A stretch of DNA of 64,000 bases from a virus (taxonomy: Duplodnaviria > Caudoviricetes): positions 128,001 to 192,000 of the IMG/VR virus record IMGVR_UViG_3300028588_000015; one strand, written 5' to 3'. The translations under genes were made by a program, and so were the position numbers. Position 1 is the stretch's first letter. Each line of letters begins with the position of its first letter. The notes under the pieces were generated by a model, which had not been told where the DNA came from, ran no database searches, and saw nothing but the letters and a program-made list of their open reading frames with translations. This document shows, one piece after another, positions 53,775-61,990 of this stretch.

Positions 53775-55254
53775 CTCTTCATTTACTCCGGCACCGGATG
53801 TCAAAGTCAAGATCAATATCGGTTGCGGCTGGGACATTCCGACGGGGCGTTTTGTTACTGGCGCCCGTAATGAATCCTTGCTCAACGGCGGTTTGGCAGC
53901 CACGACAGGATTCATCGGCACCGGCAATCTGTTCAAGTCCACCCAGATGCACTATCAGGTGCTGACCGCACTGTCGCGCGTGCATGGCTCAGAAGGTGGT
54001 ACTTACGACACCGAGGTCAGCGTCGAACACGAACGCATGGCCAACTTCTCGGTCAACAGTATTCGCGACTTCAACGGTGAAGACGTGATTAGTACCGGGC
54101 GCTGGCAAATCACCGACACCACGGTGTACAGTGGCAACAAATGGTGGGATCTGGAAAAAAGCGTTCTGCGGGACAAACCCAAAGAAAAGAACATCATGAT
54201 CCGTACACCGTTCATGAATTACAACCGGACCGAATCCTTTAAGATGCTGCGGCCGACATTCCGTGAAGTCGACTCGCTATCGGCCTGGAAATCGGATCGT
54301 GTCGAGAAAGTGTACGAAGACACTGAGATTGGCGACAAAGAAGCCAACATGGTGTACATGATGGGCGGCAACGACAAAACTCGTCTGGTGGAAGAACTGC
54401 CATCGATCACGGGCCGCTACAATCACTACATGTTGTTGTCGGCTCACCTCGGACAAAAGTTCAACCTCGACCCGCGCGCGCCCGTGCGGTCACAGTTGCA
54501 ACATATTCCGCGCGACTTCAAGATCAAAGGCGCCCCGGAAAAGTTCACCTTCCACATGAATAACGCTTGGCTTTGCATCAGTGCCGACCTGATGCAACAG
54601 CAAGACAGCGAAAAGAAGGTCGAATACCCGCGCGATTCGAACGATGATAACAAGAAGGAAACCGACCTGAACTTGATCTGGGTCGTCCAGACTCGTGGTA
54701 AAAACGGTCCTTCCGGCATGCCGCTCGGGATTGTGGTGTCACAAGAAGAAGGCATCCTGCCGTCCTTGTCCGAATTCCACATGTGCAAACTGAACGATCG
54801 GTTCGGTATCCATGGTTCGGCTAGCGCGGCGGACACCAAGAACTACTTCATGGAAATGGTGCCTGAATTCAAGTTGTCGCGCACCACTGTTCGTCGCAAA
54901 ATCGATTCCGATCACCGGCTGCGCCAAGCTATTCTCTTCACATCACAGATGTGCCAGATCAGCCAACTCTGGCACGATGACATCACGAAGATGTTGATGT
55001 GCACGCCGGGTGAACTGGCGATGGACCTACATAAGAAGGGTTACAACTGGGAAGTGCTGCTTGATACCCGTGGTTGGGTTGGGCTCGATATGGACGCCGA
55101 GTACGATCGCCATTACCTGTCGACGATGGACCTGCTGCGCATGCGTCTGCCACACGACCACAAACTGGCCTATCACCCGTACTGGATGGCGCCGCGCAAT
55201 GCCGATGGCTCGGTCACGACGAACGAGATCATCGAAGTCAAGAAACTGCCGTAA
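53764..55254 (+). CDS. uvsX: UvsX/RecA-like recombinase (phiKZ gp152-like)
   Basis: INIGCGWDIPTG; P-loop GTGNLFKST; YDTE; EVDSLS; TRGKNGPSG. Confidence 0.85.
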   Translation: MGFNSSFTPAPDVKVKINIGCGWDIPTGRFVTGARNESLLNGGLAATTGFIGTGNLFKSTQMHYQVLTALSRVHGSEGGTYDTEVSVEHERMANFSVNSIRDFNGEDVISTGRWQITDTTVYSGNKWWDLEKSVLRDKPKEKNIMIRTPFMNYNRTESFKMLRPTFREVDSLSAWKSDRVEKVYEDTEIGDKEANMVYMMGGNDKTRLVEELPSITGRYNHYMLLSAHLGQKFNLDPRAPVRSQLQHIPRDFKIKGAPEKFTFHMNNAWLCISADLMQQQDSEKKVEYPRDSNDDNKKETDLNLIWVVQTRGKNGPSGMPLGIVVSQEEGILPSLSEFHMCKLNDRFGIHGSASAADTKNYFMEMVPEFKLSRTTVRRKIDSDHRLRQAILFTSQMCQISQLWHDDITKMLMCTPGELAMDLHKKGYNWEVLLDTRGWVGLDMDAEYDRHYLSTMDLLRMRLPHDHKLAYHPYWMAPRNADGSVTTNEIIEVKKLP

Positions 55255-55346
55255 ACCACAATTCAAAATGGATGGATACGTCTGTATCCATCCATAGTGT
55301 GCATCTATTGCTCACTGTTAACTTATTCAACTAGGAACCTGAAACC

Positions 55347-55697
55347 ATGACCACTGCAACTGCACAGAAAAGCGAGGCTTACGTCGAGTCCGCCAATGCC
55401 GAAGAAGTTTTCGACAAAGTGACCCAACTGCTGACCGACGCCAATCACCCGAACCCATCCGCCTGGGTGAACGACCTCGTCAAAACCATGGGCGAACAAG
55501 TCAAGCAAGAACAGGCACCGGTGGCGCGCGTCGCCGTGAACAGCTACTGGGCGCACAAGCTCGGCATGCTGGGCATCAACAAGCGCATCGACACCGCCAA
55601 CGAGCGCTTCTGTCTCGAAGACCGCTGCTCGGAAAAGGAATGGCACGAACTGATGAAGAAGATCGTGACACCGACGATCGCCGCGCACGCCCTGTGA
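55347..55697 (+). CDS. Conserved hypothetical protein, probably highly expressed
   Basis: 116 aa; strong codon bias; followed by a terminator. Confidence 0.8.
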   Translation: MTTATAQKSEAYVESANAEEVFDKVTQLLTDANHPNPSAWVNDLVKTMGEQVKQEQAPVARVAVNSYWAHKLGMLGINKRIDTANERFCLEDRCSEKEWHELMKKIVTPTIAAHAL

Positions 55698-55703
55698 GGC
55701 GTT

Positions 55704-55762
55704 ACTCCCATGTAGCCGTTACCGTGAGGTAGCCCCTACATGGGAGTCTTTCTTTTATGCCG
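55704..55762 (+). terminator. Terminator plus TATGCCG
   Basis: actcccatgtag / ctacatgggagt-ctttctttt-atgccg. Confidence 0.8.
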
Positions 55763-55849
55763 CAGCCAGCCAATTCATCTTATGGTTTTTTGGAGGGAGC
55801 GACAATGCTCATTTCCATTACATGCATGAATTATCCAAAGGAAAATAAG

Positions 55850-56539
55850 ATGGCTGGTAACCGCAAGAAAGCCGAGCAGGAATTGCTCGAAGGAATAGAA
55901 AGTATACTCCCCGGCTCCGATAACGTTCGTATTTACAAAGAACTGTTTGCCGGTATGAATGACAAGCAGTTTGAAGACTTCATGAAAGGGCTGGAAGACG
56001 GCAGCATCATTCCCGCCATCATCGTACCGAATCGGGTCAAGCCTGATCCCAAAGTGCCGCGTTTGAGTACCAAACGTAATTTGGCACTGGCCAAGAAATG
56101 GGGACACAACTTCTTCGAAAAGATTTGGTTCAACCATGGAGACGACCGGCCGCCGTACCTGTCAAACGAAACCTATCTGATCGTGGACTTACCGCTGCGC
56201 CGACAAGCGCAGTTGCTGACGAAAAAGATTTCGATCCCCGAAGACAACAAGTCGGTCGACGATTTCACCGGTCAAGCCACGGGTAAATCCAAAGGCAGTC
56301 GTCTGTCGTATCCGGAGATTCAATTGCTGGCGGCTTGGGGCTTGGATAACTCCATTCTCGAACTCATCAAGATGCGAGGCGGTGATGTTGGTATGTTCAA
56401 TGCCTCCAACGCCATGGCGAGCCGCACGGGCACCGTGAGCCAGAAAGTGGTGGAACCTTTCGGTGGTACTGTCAAGTCAACCCAGATGCTGCACACGCTA
56501 TTTACTTGCATGCACTACAAGAGCACCTTGCTAAAGTAA
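55850..56539 (+). CDS. Virion RNA polymerase beta subunit, C-terminal fragment (phiKZ gp149-like)
   Basis: LPLRRQAQLL.KKISIPED...D.FTGQ.TG.SKGSRLSYPE...ELIKMRGGD corresponds to the RpoB C-terminus; aagga SD at 55850. Confidence 0.87.
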   Translation: MAGNRKKAEQELLEGIESILPGSDNVRIYKELFAGMNDKQFEDFMKGLEDGSIIPAIIVPNRVKPDPKVPRLSTKRNLALAKKWGHNFFEKIWFNHGDDRPPYLSNETYLIVDLPLRRQAQLLTKKISIPEDNKSVDDFTGQATGKSKGSRLSYPEIQLLAAWGLDNSILELIKMRGGDVGMFNASNAMASRTGTVSQKVVEPFGGTVKSTQMLHTLFTCMHYKSTLLK

Positions 56540-56551
56540 AGAAAGAAGAAC

Positions 56552-57061
56552 ATGAACAAACACAATTTCACACCCAACGAGATGGAAGGCATCGGCGAAG
56601 TGTTGCGCAATGCATACCTCGCTGCATTTCTGAATCTGGGAGAAGAGAGGCAAGTAGACGTAACGCAATTTTGGCGAGAACACCTAATGACCGCCAAGCC
56701 TTACCTGATGGTAACGGAAAAAGGTGTGGTAGAAGCTTCCCGAAGAATCTTCTCGAATGAAACCTTGTTGGACTTCATGTTGCAGTTCACCAACAATTTC
56801 TTCATGCTCTGGGGGGCAGATCACAATACCCGCGTTGCATTTGTCGACCACGTATCCGTTGGTCTTTGCAATGAGATGGGTATCGCTACCGGCAAGGTGA
56901 GCAGCTACACTGCCGCGCACAAGGATGTGTATCAGCGCATGGCCACCGTCGATGACGTAAAGAATGTGCTGTCACGCAACACGTGGCTGTTGGTATTGGT
57001 CATCTCACCGACTTACTTGTCGTTCCGAGAATACGACCAAGAAAAGGGTAAGAAGAAATGA
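56552..57061 (+). CDS. Hypothetical protein
   Basis: 169 aa in operon. Confidence 0.75.
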   Translation: MNKHNFTPNEMEGIGEVLRNAYLAAFLNLGEERQVDVTQFWREHLMTAKPYLMVTEKGVVEASRRIFSNETLLDFMLQFTNNFFMLWGADHNTRVAFVDHVSVGLCNEMGIATGKVSSYTAAHKDVYQRMATVDDVKNVLSRNTWLLVLVISPTYLSFREYDQEKGKKK

Positions 57062-57774
57062 AAGCGCTGGAAGGGCAGGCCGATATCTACATCAGTCTCG
57101 ACGAACTGCTCGATACCCGTCGGGGCACCTTGGAACTGATGGACCCGGCGCTCAACGAACAGATCGACGAAGAGGCGTACCAGAAACGCGCCTCGGATGT
57201 GTTTCCTGGTGTAAACCGAACAGACTTTCGAGAACGCTACAAGAATCGCGACGGCGACACGCTGATGGTCAGTGTCATGACCAATGCGATCAAATTGCTG
57301 CGCAAACTCGTGGCTACGGCTGCCGAGCAAATGGACTCCCGGCCGTACTACAGCCAATGCTCGATCGTCGTGAACTGCCACCCGTACAACCTGCATCAGG
57401 CTGTGGTTGACGCTCTGCACCAAGCTCTGCAAGTGCGCATCGGGGTGGACCTCCCGATCAAGATGGTCAACTGGCCCATCTCGGTCCTCACGCCGGAGAA
57501 ATGTAAAAAAGAGTTTGGTATCCTCATTATGTACAACCCGGAAGAGTGGTTTAATACGCACATGCCGGCGTTGGAACGTAACCCGATGCCAGAAGTCATC
57601 ATGTTGGCCCCGATGATCCATCACGTGCTGGAACCAAATGACAAAGAATTGGGGCAACTCAAAGCGGCAGGTGCTGCCCCGTTCTTAGCGTTCGAAATGA
57701 TGGCGCGGCCGTTGGTGTCACTTGACATGATTGAAGTGGAATTCTTTTCCATTTTAAATGCAAACGGCATATAG
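57058..57774 (+). CDS. Conserved jumbo-phage protein (gp147-like), possible HAD-like fold
   Basis: IYISLDELLDTRRGTL N-terminal motif. Confidence 0.72.
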   Translation: MKALEGQADIYISLDELLDTRRGTLELMDPALNEQIDEEAYQKRASDVFPGVNRTDFRERYKNRDGDTLMVSVMTNAIKLLRKLVATAAEQMDSRPYYSQCSIVVNCHPYNLHQAVVDALHQALQVRIGVDLPIKMVNWPISVLTPEKCKKEFGILIMYNPEEWFNTHMPALERNPMPEVIMLAPMIHHVLEPNDKELGQLKAAGAAPFLAFEMMARPLVSLDMIEVEFFSILNANGI

Positions 57775-57802
57775 CCTAGTGGGGCATTTTGCCCCACTAG
57801 GC
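57765..57802. terminator. Hairpin between convergent genes with CGGCATA overlapping the stop codon
   Basis: gcctagtggggc-atttt-gccccactaggc. Confidence 0.8.
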
Positions 57803-57803
57803 C

Positions 57804-58265
57804 TTATTCTGCTGCACTGGGTAGTGGCGTGGTGACAACCGTATTTTGCGTGAATTCTTGGTAAGACAATTGACGCGGATTGACCGACGTTTCGCCGTCA
57901 ACGAGGTTGATACCTACTAAGTGATCCGGCACGGTGGGAATCATACCCACACCGGCGCCAGTGGGTCGCTCGTTCACGTCAACCAGGTAAGGGTTCTTTT
58001 GACCGCTGACACTTTGCAGCACGTGGGCGAGCAAACGTGCCACTTGCTCTTGGCCAGCACTGGCGCGGTCGTCCGCTTTGATGCGCATGCGACCTAGGGC
58101 AACTTTGTCGTTGCCATCCAGTGCTTTCAGGATGAGAGCTTTGTCTTTTGGATCTTCAGGGAGTTTGCCGTCTGGCATCAACAGTTGGATAAATGATTTT
58201 CGTTGGTCGACACTTTCGTCCAACAAGATTTCATCCACCGTCTTGGCGTCATTTTCGGGTAACAT
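57804..58265 (-). CDS. Hypothetical protein
   Basis: Start refined to ATG 58265 (MLPEND). Confidence 0.72.
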   Translation of the reverse strand: MLPENDAKTVDEILLDESVDQRKSFIQLLMPDGKLPEDPKDKALILKALDGNDKVALGRMRIKADDRASAGQEQVARLLAHVLQSVSGQKNPYLVDVNERPTGAGVGMIPTVPDHLVGINLVDGETSVNPRQLSYQEFTQNTVVTTPLPSAAE

Positions 58266-58326
58266 GGTGTATTCCTTAGAGAGTATATCGATGCTTTGAT
58301 ACCGAACCACTTCCAGAATAGTTCAG

Positions 58327-58337
58327 TCACATATCAT
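58327..58337 (+). promoter_or_regulatory. Candidate early promoter, TCACATAT motif
   Basis: Third copy, heading the 58.4-60.3 kb cluster. Confidence 0.45.
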
Positions 58338-58393
58338 CAATTTGAAATATCATACAAGATATTCAAAACTAACTTTAAGAAGGAGTCAAAGAA

Positions 58394-58750
58394 ATGGCAA
58401 AATCGAAAGAGCAAAAACGCCGCGAAGCAATTGAGCGTGCAAGGAAGAACGTGGTGGATGTATTGATCCCCCGATATACTGAGGCGTCCACAACCGTTAA
58501 TCCGGGCAGCACGTTCCCTCTGCCGCTCTTTAATAGAGCACTGGTGTATGGCGCCTACGCTGCGCACTGTGACCGCCATGGCAACCCGCTCGACTGGCAG
58601 TACTACGAAAAGGCGACTCGGGCAACCGGACAGAACCCTGACCCACTGTACCTGGCCACCACGCACCAGTTGCTCGCGCCGGAAATACTCAAGGGTATTT
58701 ATCATCGCGAAGAACTGCGCTCGTTGTACGACGTAGCGTTTGGCGTGTAA
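58394..58750 (+). CDS. Hypothetical protein
   Basis: aaggag SD; CDRHGNP motif. Confidence 0.75.
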   Translation: MAKSKEQKRREAIERARKNVVDVLIPRYTEASTTVNPGSTFPLPLFNRALVYGAYAAHCDRHGNPLDWQYYEKATRATGQNPDPLYLATTHQLLAPEILKGIYHREELRSLYDVAFGV

Positions 58751-58755
58751 ACACC

Positions 58756-59283
58756 ATGTGGGTGAAATACAAGATGAGACTGACCAAGTGGTTTCTACGG
58801 GGACGTTTTAACCGCACTAAAAAGCAGATCGAAAACCAGCGCGAGTTGATGAACGAGCGTGGTCGCTGCACGGTAATGCTGAACGAAATTACAACGGCGC
58901 AGTTCGCCTTGTACCACGTCAGTAGCGGCAATGCGTACACCGTCAAAGTACCCGAACGCAGTATCGACGGCTACATCGAACGGCTGCGTAAAGCCCGCAC
59001 TACCGTGCACCTGGACCGCATTTTAAATGCGAATGACTTCAATTGGGACGCAGTAACGGTCACCGTTGACGAATTCTTTATTTCATCTGACGGCTATTAT
59101 CAAGACGTCGAAAAAGCAGTAGAACGGCTGAAGAAGGCAGCCCTTGATTTATGTGCTGAAAGCGAAAAAACCGATGACGCTGAATATGGTATCCACGAAC
59201 ATAACCGGCGCCTCTTAACGAAGCTGTTTATCAATCTTCAAGAACTGTCCGAAGCATTGATCGACGTAAGCCTTACGAATTAG
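58756..59283 (+). CDS. Hypothetical protein
   Basis: 175 aa in operon. Confidence 0.75.
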   Translation: MWVKYKMRLTKWFLRGRFNRTKKQIENQRELMNERGRCTVMLNEITTAQFALYHVSSGNAYTVKVPERSIDGYIERLRKARTTVHLDRILNANDFNWDAVTVTVDEFFISSDGYYQDVEKAVERLKKAALDLCAESEKTDDAEYGIHEHNRRLLTKLFINLQELSEALIDVSLTN

Positions 59284-59319
59284 CCAATTCACTGGATTGG
59301 TCAAAGAAAGGATTAAGAA

Positions 59320-59781
59320 ATGAGAAAGAACAAGTCAAACCCTATACAGCAATTGCTGATACGCCAAGGGAAAGGAAAATCCGAACCCTCCGGAGTAAAG
59401 GGACAGTTGGCCGCGCTTTACCGCTCGATCCTCGACGACATCAGTATGAATACGATGTGGTGGGAAAACCTCATGAACGAATTCTTGTCGGATTACGCCA
59501 AAGGGGTGACTGCCAGTCGCAAGAAGATCACCAGCATGCGCGGTAACCTCATAAAGGAACTGGGGAAAGACGAAATGACCTGGAAGGTGTTTTACAAAGG
59601 TCTGCGTTATCTCCAACCCATCCGTGCTGAATTTTCTGTGCGCATTCACTGGCGCAGCAAACGCATTACCGAACATACCAAAATGCTCGAATTCGGCGAT
59701 CGTGCCAACTTGGCCGAACTCCTTGACGAACTTAAGGAAACCGACGAAGACGAAAAAGACGATAAGGAAGACAAAGAATGA
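59320..59781 (+). CDS. Hypothetical protein
   Basis: RGNLIKELGKDEMTWKVFYKGLRYL; acidic tail. Confidence 0.75.
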   Translation: MRKNKSNPIQQLLIRQGKGKSEPSGVKGQLAALYRSILDDISMNTMWWENLMNEFLSDYAKGVTASRKKITSMRGNLIKELGKDEMTWKVFYKGLRYLQPIRAEFSVRIHWRSKRITEHTKMLEFGDRANLAELLDELKETDEDEKDDKEDKE

Positions 59782-60347
59782 TGACCAGTAATAAAAAGAC
59801 CACGCCCGACGTGACTCACTACCCCTCCGTGGCACCTGTACCAGCCATCGTCCCCGAAAAAGACAACATCACCCACATCAACATCTATAAATACAGCGCC
59901 TCTGAGTTGGGTAAACTCTTGGCACCGGTGACGCACATGCCCTTCGTCCATCCGACACTCGGTTCGTTCCAGAACCTACAAGGTTTCTGGGAATGGATCA
60001 GATCCAAAGACAGGCCGGATGCGCTGCGCTTTGCGTCAGGCAGCCGGGCAATCGGTATCGGCCGCAGTCTTGTGAAGATTCGGGTGGACGATTTCGAAGC
60101 AATCTTTCTGGAGGCCAGCTTCTGCCGGATCGACCAGAACCAAAAGCTGCGCGAACTCTTCTTGCGTTCTACGCTACCCTTCGACATGTATTTTCTCATG
60201 GACCCCAATAACCCCGAGTCGCTGGCTCAGCGACCGGGGTCACGCGATATCGTCGTGGACACCTTCACGAAATTGCGTACCATGATGTCATTCGATGAAA
60301 TGCCGCCGGGTTTTGGAAACTACCGCCGCCCCCTGAGTTCGCGCTAA
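59778..60347 (+). CDS. NADAR-like (T4 gp30.3-like) protein
   Basis: HINIY...ELGKLL...PFVHP.LG.F.NLQGFWEWIR...LRFASG.RA..IGR resembles the NADAR core; divergent. Confidence 0.55.
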   Translation: MMTSNKKTTPDVTHYPSVAPVPAIVPEKDNITHINIYKYSASELGKLLAPVTHMPFVHPTLGSFQNLQGFWEWIRSKDRPDALRFASGSRAIGIGRSLVKIRVDDFEAIFLEASFCRIDQNQKLRELFLRSTLPFDMYFLMDPNNPESLAQRPGSRDIVVDTFTKLRTMMSFDEMPPGFGNYRRPLSSR

Positions 60348-60368
60348 GCGAACTTGCACCACTTCAAG

Positions 60369-60392
60369 AGAGGGCTTTGGCCCTCTTTTTTT
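60369..60392 (+). terminator. Intrinsic terminator
   Basis: agagggc-tttg-gccctct-tttttt. Confidence 0.8.
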
Positions 60393-60415
60393 CTTTGTTT
60401 TAAGGATACCCCACG

Positions 60416-61939
60416 ATGGCCACTACTCTGGCAAAAACCACCTTCGCCGCTGGGCCGCTCGACAGCGTGGCCACAGTGGACGTCTATACGCAGCGCAGCA
60501 ACAGTGTTATTAATAATCGACCCGATACCTTGGCTAACTCTGGACTGAGTCTTGCCAGTTCTTTGTTTGGCGGCAAAGGCATGTTGGCGTCGCTGCCGCT
60601 GGGTGGCGGTGTCAGTGGCCTTCTCAATGACGTCACCAAAAATTTAACGTCACAACTTGGGATCACGAATCCGAAATTAGCCAAAGCGGTTAATGCGCTG
60701 ACACCAATCGTCACCAAAGAAATTGAAAAGAAATTACCGACTGCCAAGATCAACACCATGATCGCGACAGCGGGTGGCATCGAACGCGCGATTAACATGG
60801 TCAGTAATGGCAATGTTTCAGGCGTAGTAAGTTCGGTCAATTCGATCGCACAAACTGCGGGTGTGCCGGGGATTACGATCAAAGACCCTAAGGGGTTGAT
60901 CGCCCTCAGTACCGGGTTGGTGGACCAAGGCGTCAAGAACGGTGTGCCGGGTGTATTGACAACATTGAAAAGCAGTAACATCATCACGAGTAATGCCCAG
61001 ATGAATGCCGTGGTTAAAGGTGTATTGCCGAGTATTATCCAAAAAGGCGATCTCGGGACCTTGAAAGAAATTACCACCGTAGCGCCCAGTTCGTTATCTA
61101 CGCTGGACGATAAAGCGCTCAATGAGTTTGCCAAGTATTACCCAGCGCCCGATTCACCCAAATCGATTGCACAGTACCAATCAGATTTCGGTGACACCAA
61201 GTCGACTTTTGCTGCAATTAAACCGGACTGGTTGAGCGCACCGCGCACGGCGAGCAACGGCACCACAGACGATGCATTGAATTTGGGCACGCTTAACAGT
61301 GCATCGTCGGAGTTCAAAAAAATGGTTTCCATCGGGGCATTAACTAGCGGCAATCCTGATGACAAATGGCTGCTGGCGGCCACCGCAACGCCAGTACCTG
61401 AATACACTGCCGAACAAAAAGCTGCGTGGGACGGTATCACGATCACTGCTGGAGAAACCAAGTTCACGCCATTTAACCAAGAAGAATCCGAAGCCAAGTA
61501 CGCTGCTTATCTGAAGCAGTACCCGACGCCAGAAGCACGGGCCGCCATGCTGTATCCGGCGGCCAATGGTAAGACATCGGTCAGCCAACCGCCAGTTGAC
61601 CCACGCGCGCTGGCCGAAGTGGAACGTCTTAAAACAGTACAGTCTGGCCAAAAAGCACCCGTTACCACGGTGCGCGCGCCGGGTTTCATTCAGGGTGATA
61701 TGGACCGCACCATGGACCAGTGGACTGCGGAACTTAAAACGAGTTACGAACCAGAACGAGCACTCATCGCAGCCTATACACAACAGTACGGTAAAGACTC
61801 TGTCCAAGTCCGTGCTCAAACGGCAAAAGCCGAGTCCATTAAAGTCGCCATTGACGATAAATGGAAACGGATCTACGATGCGTACTCGACCGAGTTCACA
61901 GCGGCGGTGGCTGTTTACGATCAAACAACTATTACGTGA
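60416..61939 (+). CDS. Putative virion/tail structural protein
   Basis: TTF..GP.DSVATVDVY N-terminus; convergent with the gp27-like gene. Confidence 0.65.
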   Translation: MATTLAKTTFAAGPLDSVATVDVYTQRSNSVINNRPDTLANSGLSLASSLFGGKGMLASLPLGGGVSGLLNDVTKNLTSQLGITNPKLAKAVNALTPIVTKEIEKKLPTAKINTMIATAGGIERAINMVSNGNVSGVVSSVNSIAQTAGVPGITIKDPKGLIALSTGLVDQGVKNGVPGVLTTLKSSNIITSNAQMNAVVKGVLPSIIQKGDLGTLKEITTVAPSSLSTLDDKALNEFAKYYPAPDSPKSIAQYQSDFGDTKSTFAAIKPDWLSAPRTASNGTTDDALNLGTLNSASSEFKKMVSIGALTSGNPDDKWLLAATATPVPEYTAEQKAAWDGITITAGETKFTPFNQEESEAKYAAYLKQYPTPEARAAMLYPAANGKTSVSQPPVDPRALAEVERLKTVQSGQKAPVTTVRAPGFIQGDMDRTMDQWTAELKTSYEPERALIAAYTQQYGKDSVQVRAQTAKAESIKVAIDDKWKRIYDAYSTEFTAAVAVYDQTTIT

Positions 61940-61940
61940 T

Positions 61941-61989
61941 CGGCAAAAAAAGAAGAGTCCGGGTGGACTCTTCTTTTTCTTTTATGCCG
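61941..61989. terminator. Bidirectional terminator plus TATGCCG
   Basis: cggcaaaaaa-agaagagtcc-gggt-ggactcttct-ttttc-tttatgccg. Confidence 0.85.
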
Positions 61990-61990
61990 A

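Noticed and set aside
55757-55849. Longer ORF-track starts (55757, also 5658, 5638, 14575, 14915, 17939, 29746, 51255)
   Set aside because: They run through terminators, SD sites or neighbouring genes; downstream starts have better SD and match expected N-termini
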